A stretch of 64,000 nt of DNA, taken from contig CBDDEL010000015.1 in assembly GCA_965226885.1 (NCBI GenBank), forward strand, positions 640,001-704,000, given 5' to 3'. This document shows, one piece after another, positions 31,402 to 41,579 of the stretch. Each line of letters opens with the position of its first letter. Positions within the stretch are counted from its first letter, which is position 1. This DNA is from Opitutales bacterium. Its GTDB lineage: Bacteria > Verrucomicrobiota > Verrucomicrobiia > Opitutales > UBA2987. A program made the position numbers and the translations under genes. The notes under the pieces are model-generated. The model was given only the letters and a program-made list of their open reading frames with translations, did no database searches and had not been told where the DNA came from.

Positions 31402-33042
31402 ATGATTATTTCAAAATTTCTGTATCGCTCAACCATTGTGTTCTTATCGCTACTGTCATTTAGTTTGAACAGCTATTGCGGCCCGGATGAAATTTTTGAT
31501 CGGGCCAGAGAAAACGGCTTGTTGGCTAACGAGGGCTTGCGGCGTTCGCAGAATTATGTCCGCGGTTGGCTGAGACATGCCGATCCGGACTCCGGGTTAA
31601 TCCCGAGAAATCTAGATTGGAAAATTTATTCCCAGAAATCCAGAAAAGGCGGCAGAAATATTTGGAACGCCAAGGATGCCGCAGCCGACAATTATCCTTT
31701 CATGGTTCTGACCTGCGCCTTAACGGATGAGAAACTCTTTGCGGGGCGGATGCTGTCGATGTTGCATAGCGAAATGGAACTGACCTCCCGCATCGATCGT
31801 CTTCCGGACACCTATCATTTTTCAAAAAAACGGTTTCAAAATCGAAAACCGACTCTCGAGGCCATCATTTTCGGCTCGTCCGAATATATAAAAGACGGGC
31901 TTTTGCCGCTCACTGAATGGCTGGGGCCGAGCCCCTGGAGCGAACGCATGATCGGCATGCTCGACGACTTGTGGAAACACGCTCCGGTGCAAACGCCTTA
32001 CGGCAATATCGTTTCCACAAATGTTGAAGTGAATGGCGAGATGCTGCAAGCCCTCTCGCGCATCTACTGGATGACAGGAGAGAAGAAATACCTGGATTGG
32101 GCGCTACGACTGGGAGATTATTACCTGCTCGACCAGCATCATCCGACGCGCGATAGGGATTACCTGAGACTGCGCGATCATGGCTGTGAAATTGTGTCCG
32201 GGCTTTGCGAACTCTACGCCGCCGTCAACTTTGCCCTTCCGGAAAAGAAGCTGGCATACGAAAAACTTGTTCATCAGATGTTAGACCGTATTCTCGAAGT
32301 GGGTAGAAATAAGCACGGTCTTTTTTATGACGCCATAAACCCCATCGAGGGAACCGTTTTAAAAGATCGGGCTGCCGACACCTGGGGCTATACTTACAAT
32401 GGATTTTACACAGTTTATCTGATCGACAGAACCGAGGCCTATCGCACCGCGGCCATTAAGGCTTTGTCCAGCTTGAATGACCACTATCGTAGCTATGACT
32501 AGGAAACTGGAAGCGCCGATGGCTATGCGGACTCGGCTGAAAGCGCGCTTAATCTCTATAACCGGGAACCGGTAGCATCAGCAGCCGATTGGATAGATAG
32601 CGAGATCAAGGTGATGTGGGCCATGCAAAAAGAGGACGGCGTTATCGAGGGTTGGCACGGGGATGGTAATTTTGCCCGCACCACCATCATGTATTGCTTG
32701 TGGAAAACCGGCGGCGTCACTATACAGCCTTGGCGCAAGGATATAATTTTTGGGGCTGTGCTGAGGGAAGAAGAACTATGGTTGAGCATTGAGGCCCAGG
32801 AGGACTGGAGCGGCAAAATCATTTTCGATGTTCCCCGGCATAAAACAATCATGAACTTGCCCCTAGACTGGCCCCGCATCAACCAGTTCCCTGAGTGGTT
32901 CACGGTGGAACCAGGCAAAACCTACCGCTTAAAAGATAATGCAACAAAAAAGGAACAAAGCTTTACCGATCAACAACTCCACGACGGCATTGACCTGATA
33001 CTGGAATCCGGCCAACAGAAGCGATTCCATGTAAGGTTTTAA
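31402..33042 (+). pseudogene. Exported hypothetical protein (possibly alpha/alpha-barrel glycosidase-like) with in-frame TAG at 32500-32502
   Basis: Frame continues through RSYD*ETGSADGYADS into ORF 32611..33042; the fold call is a weak inference. Confidence 0.7.
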
Positions 33043-33071
33043 TCGGAAATATTATTAGTACCCAGCCCCGG

Positions 33072-34076
33072 TTAATAGAGCCAGTCGCGGTAGGGCTCGA
33101 GGCCTTCGGCGTTGGCAACTTCGGCTACTTTGTCGGCGATGGCTTGGCGGTCGCCTTCCGTCAGTTTGGTGAAGCGTTGGGCCATTCCTACGTTTTGACG
33201 GAGGTTGGCCAAGTTGGGCATCCCGCTGATGAGCGAGCAGATGGGGAGGGAGAGGACGAACCAAAAATTTTCCTCTAGCGAGAGGCGATCAGGCACAATG
33301 GATTTGCCGTTGTATTTCTTGAGTACGCGACCGGAACTCATCGCTTTCATGGCCAGGGGCGCGTAGCCTTCTTCGAGCAGCCGGGGCAGGACTTTTAAGG
33401 TAAAACTGTCGCGGGCAATCGTATCAATCGGGCTGATGGGCATGAGGCAGGTTTTCAGCGGGCCGCCTTTGGCCAGTTCCAGCGTCCTTAAATGGGCGGA
33501 GGTAACGGTGTGACCGGAGAAACCGCAATGGCGCACTTTGCCTTCCTCTTGTGCTTTGATCATGACCGGGAGCATTTCGGGGACGCGGTTTTCGGCATCT
33601 TCCGGGCTGCTCACGGTGTGGATCATCCAGAGGTCGAGGTAGTCGGTCTTCATGCGCCGCAGGGCGTCCTCTAGTTGCTGCCGGGGCGACGGGCCTTCGC
33701 GGGAATCGGCCTTGGACATGATGAAGACATGTTCGCGGTATTTCGGGGTCAGGAACTTCCCTAAACGCTCTTCGCTGAGGCCCTTGTTGTATTTCCAGGC
33801 GTTGTCAAAAAAACGGACCCCCATTTCGAGCGCGGTTTCAATGATGCGCTCGCATTCGGCCTCATCGCAAATGCCGATATGATAGCCACCAACGCCCATG
33901 ATGGTCAATTGTTCGCCAGTGTCGGCAAAGGGCCGCCGCGGAAGCAAGGCCCCTAATTTGTCCGACTCGCCTGTGCTGATTTTAGCGGCTTCGGCCAGTT
34001 TGGGGATGAGGAGCGGGGCACCCGCAGCGCCAACCAGGTGGCGTAAAAATTTTCTGCGATCCATGACTCCATTCAT
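33072..34076 (-). CDS. Aldo/keto reductase with Tat signal
   Basis: DRRKFL twin-arginine leader; GVRFFDNAWKY, SEERLG, DYLDLWMIH, GKVRHCGFS. Confidence 0.9.
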   Translation of the reverse strand: MNGVMDRRKFLRHLVGAAGAPLLIPKLAEAAKISTGESDKLGALLPRRPFADTGEQLTIMGVGGYHIGICDEAECERIIETALEMGVRFFDNAWKYNKGLSEERLGKFLTPKYREHVFIMSKADSREGPSPRQQLEDALRRMKTDYLDLWMIHTVSSPEDAENRVPEMLPVMIKAQEEGKVRHCGFSGHTVTSAHLRTLELAKGGPLKTCLMPISPIDTIARDSFTLKVLPRLLEEGYAPLAMKAMSSGRVLKKYNGKSIVPDRLSLEENFWFVLSLPICSLISGMPNLANLRQNVGMAQRFTKLTEGDRQAIADKVAEVANAEGLEPYRDWLY

Positions 34077-34145
34077 AAGCCATTTTTAACGAGACTCAAG
34101 ACACTTCGCAGGTCATAGCCCAAAAACCGCTAATAATCACACCCG

Positions 34146-34409
34146 TCAACCTCCACTCATGGCGGGGAGGAAATGAACTTCACTTGCAGGGGAGACCTTC
34201 TGGCGAATGCCAAGAGAGGATATTTCTCCGTCCACGACAACAGCTATGGTTGGCTTGAGCTTATCATCCTGGCAAAGCCGTTCCCGAAATCCGCTGTGCG
34301 CCCGGTCGAGGTTGGCGATAACTTCGCGGACGGTAGCGCCCTCCACCGAGACCTGCTCACACCCACCGGCAAGACTCAGCATTTGCGAGGGTATCCAGAC
34401 CTTCGCCAT
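34146..34409 (-). CDS. MoaD/ThiS-family sulfur carrier
   Basis: 87 aa with C-terminal PAMSGG. Confidence 0.9.
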   Translation of the reverse strand: MAKVWIPSQMLSLAGGCEQVSVEGATVREVIANLDRAHSGFRERLCQDDKLKPTIAVVVDGEISSLGIRQKVSPASEVHFLPAMSGG

Positions 34410-34418
34410 TTTTCTCCC

Positions 34419-36725
34419 TCAACCGTTGGCGGCCTCGGCCTCGGCATCCCTCTCCAAACAGGCCGCGAGGACGCGGTCGGGCCGCATGGGAAGCTCGTGC
34501 AGGCGAACTCCGACGGCATCGTAAATGGCATTGGCTATGGCGGCGGGCGGCGGGGCAATGGAGGCTTCTCCAACCCCACGCACACCAAAGGGATGATCAG
34601 GATGGGGAACCTCTACAATGACCGTATCGATCATAGGAACATCGAGACAGGTGGGCATTCGGTAATCGAGAAAACTGGCATTTTTCATGCGCCCCTCAGA
34701 ATAAAAATATTCTTCATTGAGAGCCCAGCCGATGCCCTGCACGGAACCTCCCTGCATCTGCCCCTCGACATAACTGGGGTGGATGGCCGTTCCGGCGTCC
34801 TGGATCATGGTAAAACGGAGGATTTTAGTCTTGCCGGTTTCCACATCCACCTCCACATCGGCGATACAGGTGGTAAAAGAACCCCCCACTCCGCTATTCG
34901 GATCAACCGTTCCGGTTCCCACCACCGGCCCGCCTAAATCACTTAAATGACCCGTTAGTTCTTTAAAGGTGAGCCTCTTTTTGGGATCGGTTGAGTGCAC
35001 AAAATCTCCATCTTCAAAACGCACCTCTTCCTCGGACACTTCCCAATATAGGGCTGCTTTGGCCATTAGTTTACTTTTGACTTCCTGAGCGGCATCGTGG
35101 GCTGCCCAACCAGTGGCAAACGTCACCCGGCTACCACCCGTCAATTCGGTATAACCGACCGAGGAGGTATCGCCCACCATGGGGTTGATCGCTTCCGCGG
35201 GCAGTCCCAGAACTTCGGCAAATTGCATGGCGATGGAGGTGCGGCTGCCCCCGATATCGGTCGAACCTTCCATCAGGTTGACGGTGCCGTCTTCGTTGAC
35301 ATTCGCGGTCACGGTGGATTTCAAACCGGCATTCATCCAGAAGCCCGTGGCCACTCCACGGCCTTGATGGGGGCCGCTCAGGGGCGTCCGGTAGTGCTCG
35401 TGCGCCTTCGCCTGTTGCAGGGTCTCGCGACAGCCGATAACTGGATAAACGGCCCCGTCCACCCGCCGCATGCCCTCCTCGGCAGCGTTTAAAAGGCGTA
35501 GCTCAATGGGGTCCATCCCCAGTTTCACCGCAATCTCGTCCATCAAAGTCTCAACAGCGACGTTGACTTGGGTGGAGCCGGGTGCCCGGTAAGCGGCGCT
35601 GCGCGGTTTGTTCAAAACGACATCGTAGCCGTCAATGAGGCCATTGGGAATGGCGTAGCAGGAGAAAACGCAGATCGCTCCGGCTCCCACTGGCGACCCG
35701 GGAAAAGCCCCCGCGGCAAATGCGATGTTGGCTTGGGCGGCGAGGAGTTTTCCGGAATTGTCGGCCCCCAGTTTAACTTTCACACAGGATGACGGGGTGG
35801 GACCGGTAGCCTGGAAAACATCTGCCCTCGTCATGACAATTTTTACCGGACGTCCGGTTTTTTTCGACAGGATGGCCGCCTGCGGGGCCAGGTAGACGGG
35901 AATCTTGCCGCCGAACCCGCCGCCGATTTCCATCGGCACTACCTTCACTTTGGAAACCGGGAGGCCCAGAATAGCGGCGGTTTGCTTCCGCACACCGAAG
36001 GAACCCTGGGTGCTTGTCCAAACGGTCAATTGGCCATCCGTTTTCCATTCCGCAGTGGCATTGTGCGACTCGATATAGCCCTGGTGGACGGAAGCGGTTC
36101 TAAACTCCTCCTCGACGATAATATCGGAATCGGCGAAGCCTTTTTCCAAATCTCCCAGTTTGAATTGAATATGGCTTGCGATATTGCTGTTTTTACCCGT
36201 GTCGTCGCCAAATTCCTTGGTAGTCAAATCTTCGTGAAGAAGGGGCGCGTCCTCCTGCATGGCTGCGACCACATCATCGACGTGGGGCAGGATTTCATAA
36301 TCGACTTCAATCAAACGCAAAGCTTCTTCCGCGATGTGAAGGCTGGTGGCCGCAACCGCCGCAACCGAGTGCCCCTGATAAAGAACTTTTTCACCGGCCA
36401 GGATATTGCTTCGCAGATGTTTCAGGCGAAAAGTTCCCTCCACCAGATTGAGGACTTCATCGGCTCCGGAAGGTGGTAAATCCGCCGCCGTAATGACCGC
36501 GCGGACGCCTTCGAGGGCAGCCGCCTTGCTCGTGTCGATGCTGCGAATCCGGGCATGGGGGTGCGGGCTACGCAGGATCTGCCCATAAAGCATTCCGCCA
36601 AGATGCGTGTCGATGCCGTAAACGGCTCGCCCGGTAACCTTGTCGAGGCCATCGTGACGGATGGGTCGAGTCCCGATTACCTTATATTTTCTATTGCCAT
36701 TTCCGTTGTTTGAAATGTCTGGCAT
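34419..36725 (-). CDS. Xanthine dehydrogenase/aldehyde oxidoreductase-family molybdopterin-binding subunit
   Basis: IGGGFGGK, AYRAPG, VEGQMQGG, GVRGVGE motifs. Confidence 0.93.
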   Translation of the reverse strand: MPDISNNGNGNRKYKVIGTRPIRHDGLDKVTGRAVYGIDTHLGGMLYGQILRSPHPHARIRSIDTSKAAALEGVRAVITAADLPPSGADEVLNLVEGTFRLKHLRSNILAGEKVLYQGHSVAAVAATSLHIAEEALRLIEVDYEILPHVDDVVAAMQEDAPLLHEDLTTKEFGDDTGKNSNIASHIQFKLGDLEKGFADSDIIVEEEFRTASVHQGYIESHNATAEWKTDGQLTVWTSTQGSFGVRKQTAAILGLPVSKVKVVPMEIGGGFGGKIPVYLAPQAAILSKKTGRPVKIVMTRADVFQATGPTPSSCVKVKLGADNSGKLLAAQANIAFAAGAFPGSPVGAGAICVFSCYAIPNGLIDGYDVVLNKPRSAAYRAPGSTQVNVAVETLMDEIAVKLGMDPIELRLLNAAEEGMRRVDGAVYPVIGCRETLQQAKAHEHYRTPLSGPHQGRGVATGFWMNAGLKSTVTANVNEDGTVNLMEGSTDIGGSRTSIAMQFAEVLGLPAEAINPMVGDTSSVGYTELTGGSRVTFATGWAAHDAAQEVKSKLMAKAALYWEVSEEEVRFEDGDFVHSTDPKKRLTFKELTGHLSDLGGPVVGTGTVDPNSGVGGSFTTCIADVEVDVETGKTKILRFTMIQDAGTAIHPSYVEGQMQGGSVQGIGWALNEEYFYSEGRMKNASFLDYRMPTCLDVPMIDTVIVEVPHPDHPFGVRGVGEASIAPPPAAIANAIYDAVGVRLHELPMRPDRVLAACLERDAEAEAANG

Positions 36726-36750
36726 GAGCCTGTCCTCCGATTATTGGGTT

Positions 36751-37254
36751 TCAATTAGTTCCATCTGCGGTCACAGCCGTCGCCCTGCCCACTTCCGCAG
36801 CATCAAGGACGGCCCGCACGATCTTGTCATATCCAGTGCACCGGCAGAGGTTTCCCGCCAGCCAGTGGCGCACTTCGTGCTCGGTGGGGTCGGGATTATG
36901 GTCGAGCAATGCTTTCGCCGCCACGAGGAATCCGGGTGTGCAAACGCCGCATTGCAAACTGGCGTTCTCCAGAAATTTCTGCTGCAAAGGATGCAGGCCC
37001 TCGGGTGAGGCCAATCCCTCAATGGTAGAGACCTTGCGGCCCTGTATCTCGACGGCAAATACCAGACAGGCATTCACCAGCACGTCGTCGATAATTACGC
37101 TGCAAGCGCCGCAATTACCATCGTTGCAACCCTCCTTGGTGCCGATCAGGCCGAGATCGTCGCGCAGCACTTCAAGCAAACTCTGCCGCGGTTCACAGAG
37201 AAATTCGACTTCTTCCCCATTGATGATTGTTTTTACATAGAGCTTTTTGCTCAT
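36751..37254 (-). CDS. 2Fe-2S subunit (CoxS/XdhC-like)
   Basis: GC..G.CGAC, QCGVCTPG, GNLCRCTGY. Confidence 0.95.
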   Translation of the reverse strand: MSKKLYVKTIINGEEVEFLCEPRQSLLEVLRDDLGLIGTKEGCNDGNCGACSVIIDDVLVNACLVFAVEIQGRKVSTIEGLASPEGLHPLQQKFLENASLQCGVCTPGFLVAAKALLDHNPDPTEHEVRHWLAGNLCRCTGYDKIVRAVLDAAEVGRATAVTADGTN

Positions 37255-37328
37255 TAAAAATTATCTCCCTTACCTGGTTAAAATTAAATGGATTTGATTA
37301 CAATTGGTCGGTTAAACAAAGCCCTTTT

Positions 37329-38264
37329 TTATCGACCATTTTCCTGGACTGCGTTGGGAACGAACTCTCCTCTGGCCCGGCCAATCGCTCCCCAAAGGGC
37401 CCGCCGAGTGAGAACCTTGACCAAGTGTTTACGATAATCGGCAGGAGCCCTCATATCGGAGATGGGCCGGGCGATTGACTGGGCGGCTAAGGCGGCTGCT
37501 TCAATCGATTCCTCGGAAACTTCCTTGCCTGTCAATAGTTCCCCTGCCTCCCGGGCAAAGAGCGGGGTCGGAGCCACCGCCGCCAGTCCGATGCGTGCCC
37601 ACTCAATCGATTTACCATCCTCATCCAGTTGCACACAGGCCCCGGCTCCCACCACCGCGATATCCATTTCATAGCGTGGAATGAATCGCAAATAATTAGC
37701 CCCGCTGGATTTTTGCACGGGGGGCAAATGGAGGGCGACGAGGAGTTCGCCTTTTTCCAGGACATTTTTGCCCGGTGCGGTGCAAAAATCCTCCACGGGA
37801 ACGCGGCGATTCCCCTGGGGTCCGGCAATTTCGCACTCGGCCCCGTAAGCAATGAGCATGGGGATGCTGTCCGCGCTGGGGGAGGAGTTGCAGACATTGC
37901 CGCCGAAGGTCGCCCGCCCCTGAATTTGAATCCCCCCGATGATGGCGGCGGCGTCGATCAATCCTGGATAATCATCTAAAATGGCGCTGTCGCTATAAAT
38001 GCGATGGCAGGGAACGGCAGCGCCAATAGTCAAACCATCCGAGGGAGCATAACGAAGGACATTGCATTCGGGCAAATACTTGATATCGAGCACATAATCG
38101 GCCGATAAAGCACCTTGCCGGAGCTGGACAATCAAGTCCGTACCGCCAGCCAAAATTCGTGTCTGACCTTTATTGCTGGCCAATAAATTAACTGTTTCCC
38201 CCAGTGTTTCGGGCACTGTATATTCAAAGTTTTGCAAACGTGATTTCCTTTCCGTTTTTACCAT
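37329..38264 (-). CDS. FAD-binding subunit (CoxM/XdhB-like)
   Basis: LAGGTDL, ATFGGNVCN.SPSAD, PISDMRA..YR. Confidence 0.93.
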   Translation of the reverse strand: MVKTERKSRLQNFEYTVPETLGETVNLLASNKGQTRILAGGTDLIVQLRQGALSADYVLDIKYLPECNVLRYAPSDGLTIGAAVPCHRIYSDSAILDDYPGLIDAAAIIGGIQIQGRATFGGNVCNSSPSADSIPMLIAYGAECEIAGPQGNRRVPVEDFCTAPGKNVLEKGELLVALHLPPVQKSSGANYLRFIPRYEMDIAVVGAGACVQLDEDGKSIEWARIGLAAVAPTPLFAREAGELLTGKEVSEESIEAAALAAQSIARPISDMRAPADYRKHLVKVLTRRALWGAIGRARGEFVPNAVQENGR

Positions 38265-38343
38265 CCTCCGCTCCAACGCAACCGATGGAATTTCTCAAGA
38301 GTTTGGTTTACACGTCCTATGGAATGAGTCAAATGCGTTTTTG

Positions 38344-38385
38344 TTTTAACTTGATGGGCTATTTTAACTTGATGGGCTATTTAAT
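38344..38385. repeat. 18-bp tandem duplication TTTTAACTTGATGGGCTA x2 in a divergent promoter region
   Basis: Read directly. Confidence 0.95.
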
Positions 38386-38450
38386 AGTAAGCGTTCATCC
38401 ATCTTGAAAAAGTATTTTGCGGTAAAATTGATTAAATGGTAAATAAGATC

Positions 38451-39196
38451 ATGACAAAAAATAAAACTTTCGAAAAACAGGCCTCCATTCCACCAATTAT
38501 CCGCAGAGTGGCATGCAATCTCACTTTTTTATTCTGTCTATATGCGGTTCCGGGCGTCATGCGGTTCCGGGCGTCATCACCTCTCTGCTCGCCGCAGGTG
38601 AACATTCCGCGGATGCGCCCCTCGACCCAGCCCCGATTGTCGAAACTCTTGACCTCTACGGGGGCAACGGAGAAATTTTCTCCGAATCCAGTCTGCGCAA
38701 AATAGTCACAACCGGCGCTTATGGAATGATTGAATCTACCTCCCGTCATTTTGCCACTGCCAACCGGGAGGAAAAATTGGCCAGCTTTACTTCCCTCAGC
38801 CGCGACCTGGCTGCATCAAGGCTGCCCCATAAACAAATCATCGGTGTTTACAAAGGGCACCAAACTAATCTCTCCTTTCTGGTCCTGAAGCCGGCAGAAA
38901 TGGATGAGGAAATTTTCAAAAAATTTCTATTTTCTCTCGGAGCCAAATACTTGCAGGAGTCCATCATTTTTTCCGCAAAACTCGAATCCGGCGAAACGGA
39001 AAAGCGCAATTATTTGATTTTTACGACGGGAGAACATGCCGGTTATTCCCGCTCCGGCACCGGTTTTATCGAAAACAACAAGGAAAACTACTCCGAGGTC
39101 ACCACTGTGGAAGGAACAACTATCGTTATCGGCGCCTACAACCTGGAAAAAGAATTCCGGAAACATCCAGAGTTAAATCGTGATGGCGGAGAATGA
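38451..39196 (+). pseudogene. Exported hypothetical protein frameshifted by a 17-bp duplication
   Basis: Removing one repeat copy joins ...FLFCLYAVPGV to ITSLLAAGEHS... Confidence 0.75.
38542..38575. repeat. 17-bp tandem duplication ATGCGGTTCCGGGCGTC x2
   Basis: Read directly. Confidence 0.96.
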
Positions 39197-39268
39197 AAAT
39201 TCACCTTCGTATTTTGCCATTTACATTTCAAAGATCGATCTCATTTTCGTTTGGATACTACTACCTAT

Positions 39269-41401
39269 ATGAATAATCCCTTTCTGGATACATCTTTCCA
39301 TATCCATTGGTCGCAACTAAAACCTGAGCATATTTCCCCGGCAATTAAAGAAGCTCTGGCTGAGGCCCAAAAAAAAATCGATGCCGTGGCTGGTCAAGAG
39401 GAAGCGGACATTACATTTGCAAGCTCTTTTTTGGCCCTGGAAAAAGCGACTGAAGATACCGGCATCGCCTGGGCTAAAGTTTGCCATCTTGACTCGGTTT
39501 GTAATTCACCGGATTTAAGGAAAGCCTACAATGAGATGCTACCCCATGTGGCGGACTTTTTTGCCCGAATACCCGTCAATGAGAAGCTGTGGATGGTTCT
39601 CAAAACCTGCGCCGAAAAAAATATAAGAGATTCCCTCAATCCCGTTCAGCAAAGGTATCTGGGGGAAACTTTGACTGAGTTCAGGGAACATGGGGCCGAC
39701 CTTCCGGCCGGAGAAAAAGAGCGATTGCGAAACCTGGCCCAGGAACTGGCCGAAATCACGCAGAAGTTTTCCGAAAATGTTCTCGATGCCATTAATGCCT
39801 TTGCGCTGGTGGTGCAGGATCGCGAAAAACTGGCTGGATTGCCGGAAAGGGACATCGAACAAGCCCGGCTGGATGCCCTGAGGAAAAGTTGCGGCGACGA
39901 GGAAAACCCCCAGTGGCACTTCACTTTGCGCATGCCGTCCTTACTGCCGGTCATGAAATACGCACACCATGACGGCTTTCGCAAAACCATGTGGGAAGCC
40001 GATACCACTATCGGCCGGAAGGAACCTGAAAACAACCTCGATTTAATTGAAAAAATTCTCGCCCTTCGCCAGGAAAAGGCCGAACTCTTGGGCAAAAAGC
40101 ACTTTGCCGACTTTATTTTAACCCGCAGGATGGCCAAAAACGGCGCTGCCGCGTTGGGATTTGTGGAAAATTTGCGTGAAAAAATCGACAAAGCCTTCGC
40201 CCGCGAAAACAGGGAGCTGGAAGACTTCAGGGGAAGCGCATTAAACAATCAATCCGAGCCTCTGGAACCGTGGGAACTGGTTTATTGGTCGGAATGCATG
40301 CGCCGCCAAAAATACGACTTCGACGAGGAGGATTTGCGGCCCTACTTCCCCATTGAGCCGGTTATCGGTGGGATGTTTCAAATTGCCGAATCCATTTACA
40401 ATATTCAGATCAAGGAGATGCCGGTCAAATATATCGACCCGGGCCAGGACAATTCCCCGGATGATGACACGATCGAAGTATGGCATCCCGAAGTTAAATT
40501 CTACGAAGTGCGGGAACTGGACGGTGAAATGCTGGGCGCTTTTTATGCCGACTGGCATCCGCGGGAATCGAAGCGCGGCGGCGCCTGGATGAATCATATC
40601 ATGACCGGGAGTCCACCCAATGGAGAAGGGAGGGAGCCGCATTTAGGCCTTATTTGCGGAAACCTCACTCCCTCCATTAAAGACCAACCGGCTCTTCTTA
40701 CCCATTACGAGGTACAGACCATTTTTCACGAATTCGGACACCTCCTGCACCATTTGCTGGGAGATGTGGAAATCAAATCCCTCAATGGCATCAATGTGCC
40801 CTGGGACTTTGTCGAATTGCCTTCCCAGATTATGGAAAACTGGTGCTGGCAACGGGAGGGCCTGGACCTCTTTGCCCGCCATTATGAAACCGGCGAAACG
40901 ATACCGGAGAACCTTTTCAGGAAGATGACCGAAGCGAGAAACTTCCAGTCGGCCCGCAAAACCATGCGGCAGCTCTCCTTCGGCAAAATGGACCTGGAGA
41001 TGCACATGGCGTCCCCTCATTTATGGGGCGAAAACCTCGAAGACTGGGTTGATGAAATTTTGCAAGGTTACCAGACTCCAACCAAAACAAAGCCGCCCAC
41101 CATCATCGGCAGGTTCACCCATGTATTTGCCGACAGCACCGGTTATGCAGCCGCTTATTATTCTTATAAATGGGCCGAAGTGCTCGATGCTGACGCCTTT
41201 ACCAGGTTTAAAAAAGAAGGTATCCTCAATCCCGCGGTGGGGCGCGATTTCCGGGAGAAAATACTCTCCCGGGGCAACAGCGCCGACCCGGTCGAATTGT
41301 TTCGCAATTTCATGGGCCGCGACCCCGACCTGCAAGCCTTGCTGGACCGCGAGGGCCTGGGCAATAATCAAACCGACTGTGACAATTCCGGTAAAAGTTG
41401 A
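39269..41401 (+). CDS. prlC: Oligopeptidase A (peptidase M3)
   Basis: HEFGH zinc motif, KRGGAWM, VELPSQIMENW, YYSYKWAEVLDADAF. Confidence 0.92.
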   Translation: MNNPFLDTSFHIHWSQLKPEHISPAIKEALAEAQKKIDAVAGQEEADITFASSFLALEKATEDTGIAWAKVCHLDSVCNSPDLRKAYNEMLPHVADFFARIPVNEKLWMVLKTCAEKNIRDSLNPVQQRYLGETLTEFREHGADLPAGEKERLRNLAQELAEITQKFSENVLDAINAFALVVQDREKLAGLPERDIEQARLDALRKSCGDEENPQWHFTLRMPSLLPVMKYAHHDGFRKTMWEADTTIGRKEPENNLDLIEKILALRQEKAELLGKKHFADFILTRRMAKNGAAALGFVENLREKIDKAFARENRELEDFRGSALNNQSEPLEPWELVYWSECMRRQKYDFDEEDLRPYFPIEPVIGGMFQIAESIYNIQIKEMPVKYIDPGQDNSPDDDTIEVWHPEVKFYEVRELDGEMLGAFYADWHPRESKRGGAWMNHIMTGSPPNGEGREPHLGLICGNLTPSIKDQPALLTHYEVQTIFHEFGHLLHHLLGDVEIKSLNGINVPWDFVELPSQIMENWCWQREGLDLFARHYETGETIPENLFRKMTEARNFQSARKTMRQLSFGKMDLEMHMASPHLWGENLEDWVDEILQGYQTPTKTKPPTIIGRFTHVFADSTGYAAAYYSYKWAEVLDADAFTRFKKEGILNPAVGRDFREKILSRGNSADPVELFRNFMGRDPDLQALLDREGLGNNQTDCDNSGKS

Positions 41402-41579
41402 GCCAATGTTGCCCACTATCAAATGGCTATGGCTATTAGAAATGCGATCAGCGGCCCGGATTTATAACTTGTTCATGGATGATCAGTTGTGCAAAATCGT
41501 GTTTTGCCTTCACTTTTGGAACTGAACCTGCTGAACTCTTGTATTATTAACAATCGCTAAACCTTAAAATACCTTAACA

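Noticed and set aside
13837..32502. Stop-codon reassignment or selenocysteine/pyrrolysine readthrough
   Set aside because: The internal stops are three different codons (TAA, TGA, TAG), each one substitution from Tyr or Trp, and all three also end normal genes here
34419..38264. Aerobic carbon monoxide dehydrogenase
   Set aside because: The active-site loop AYRAPG matches neither form I nor form II
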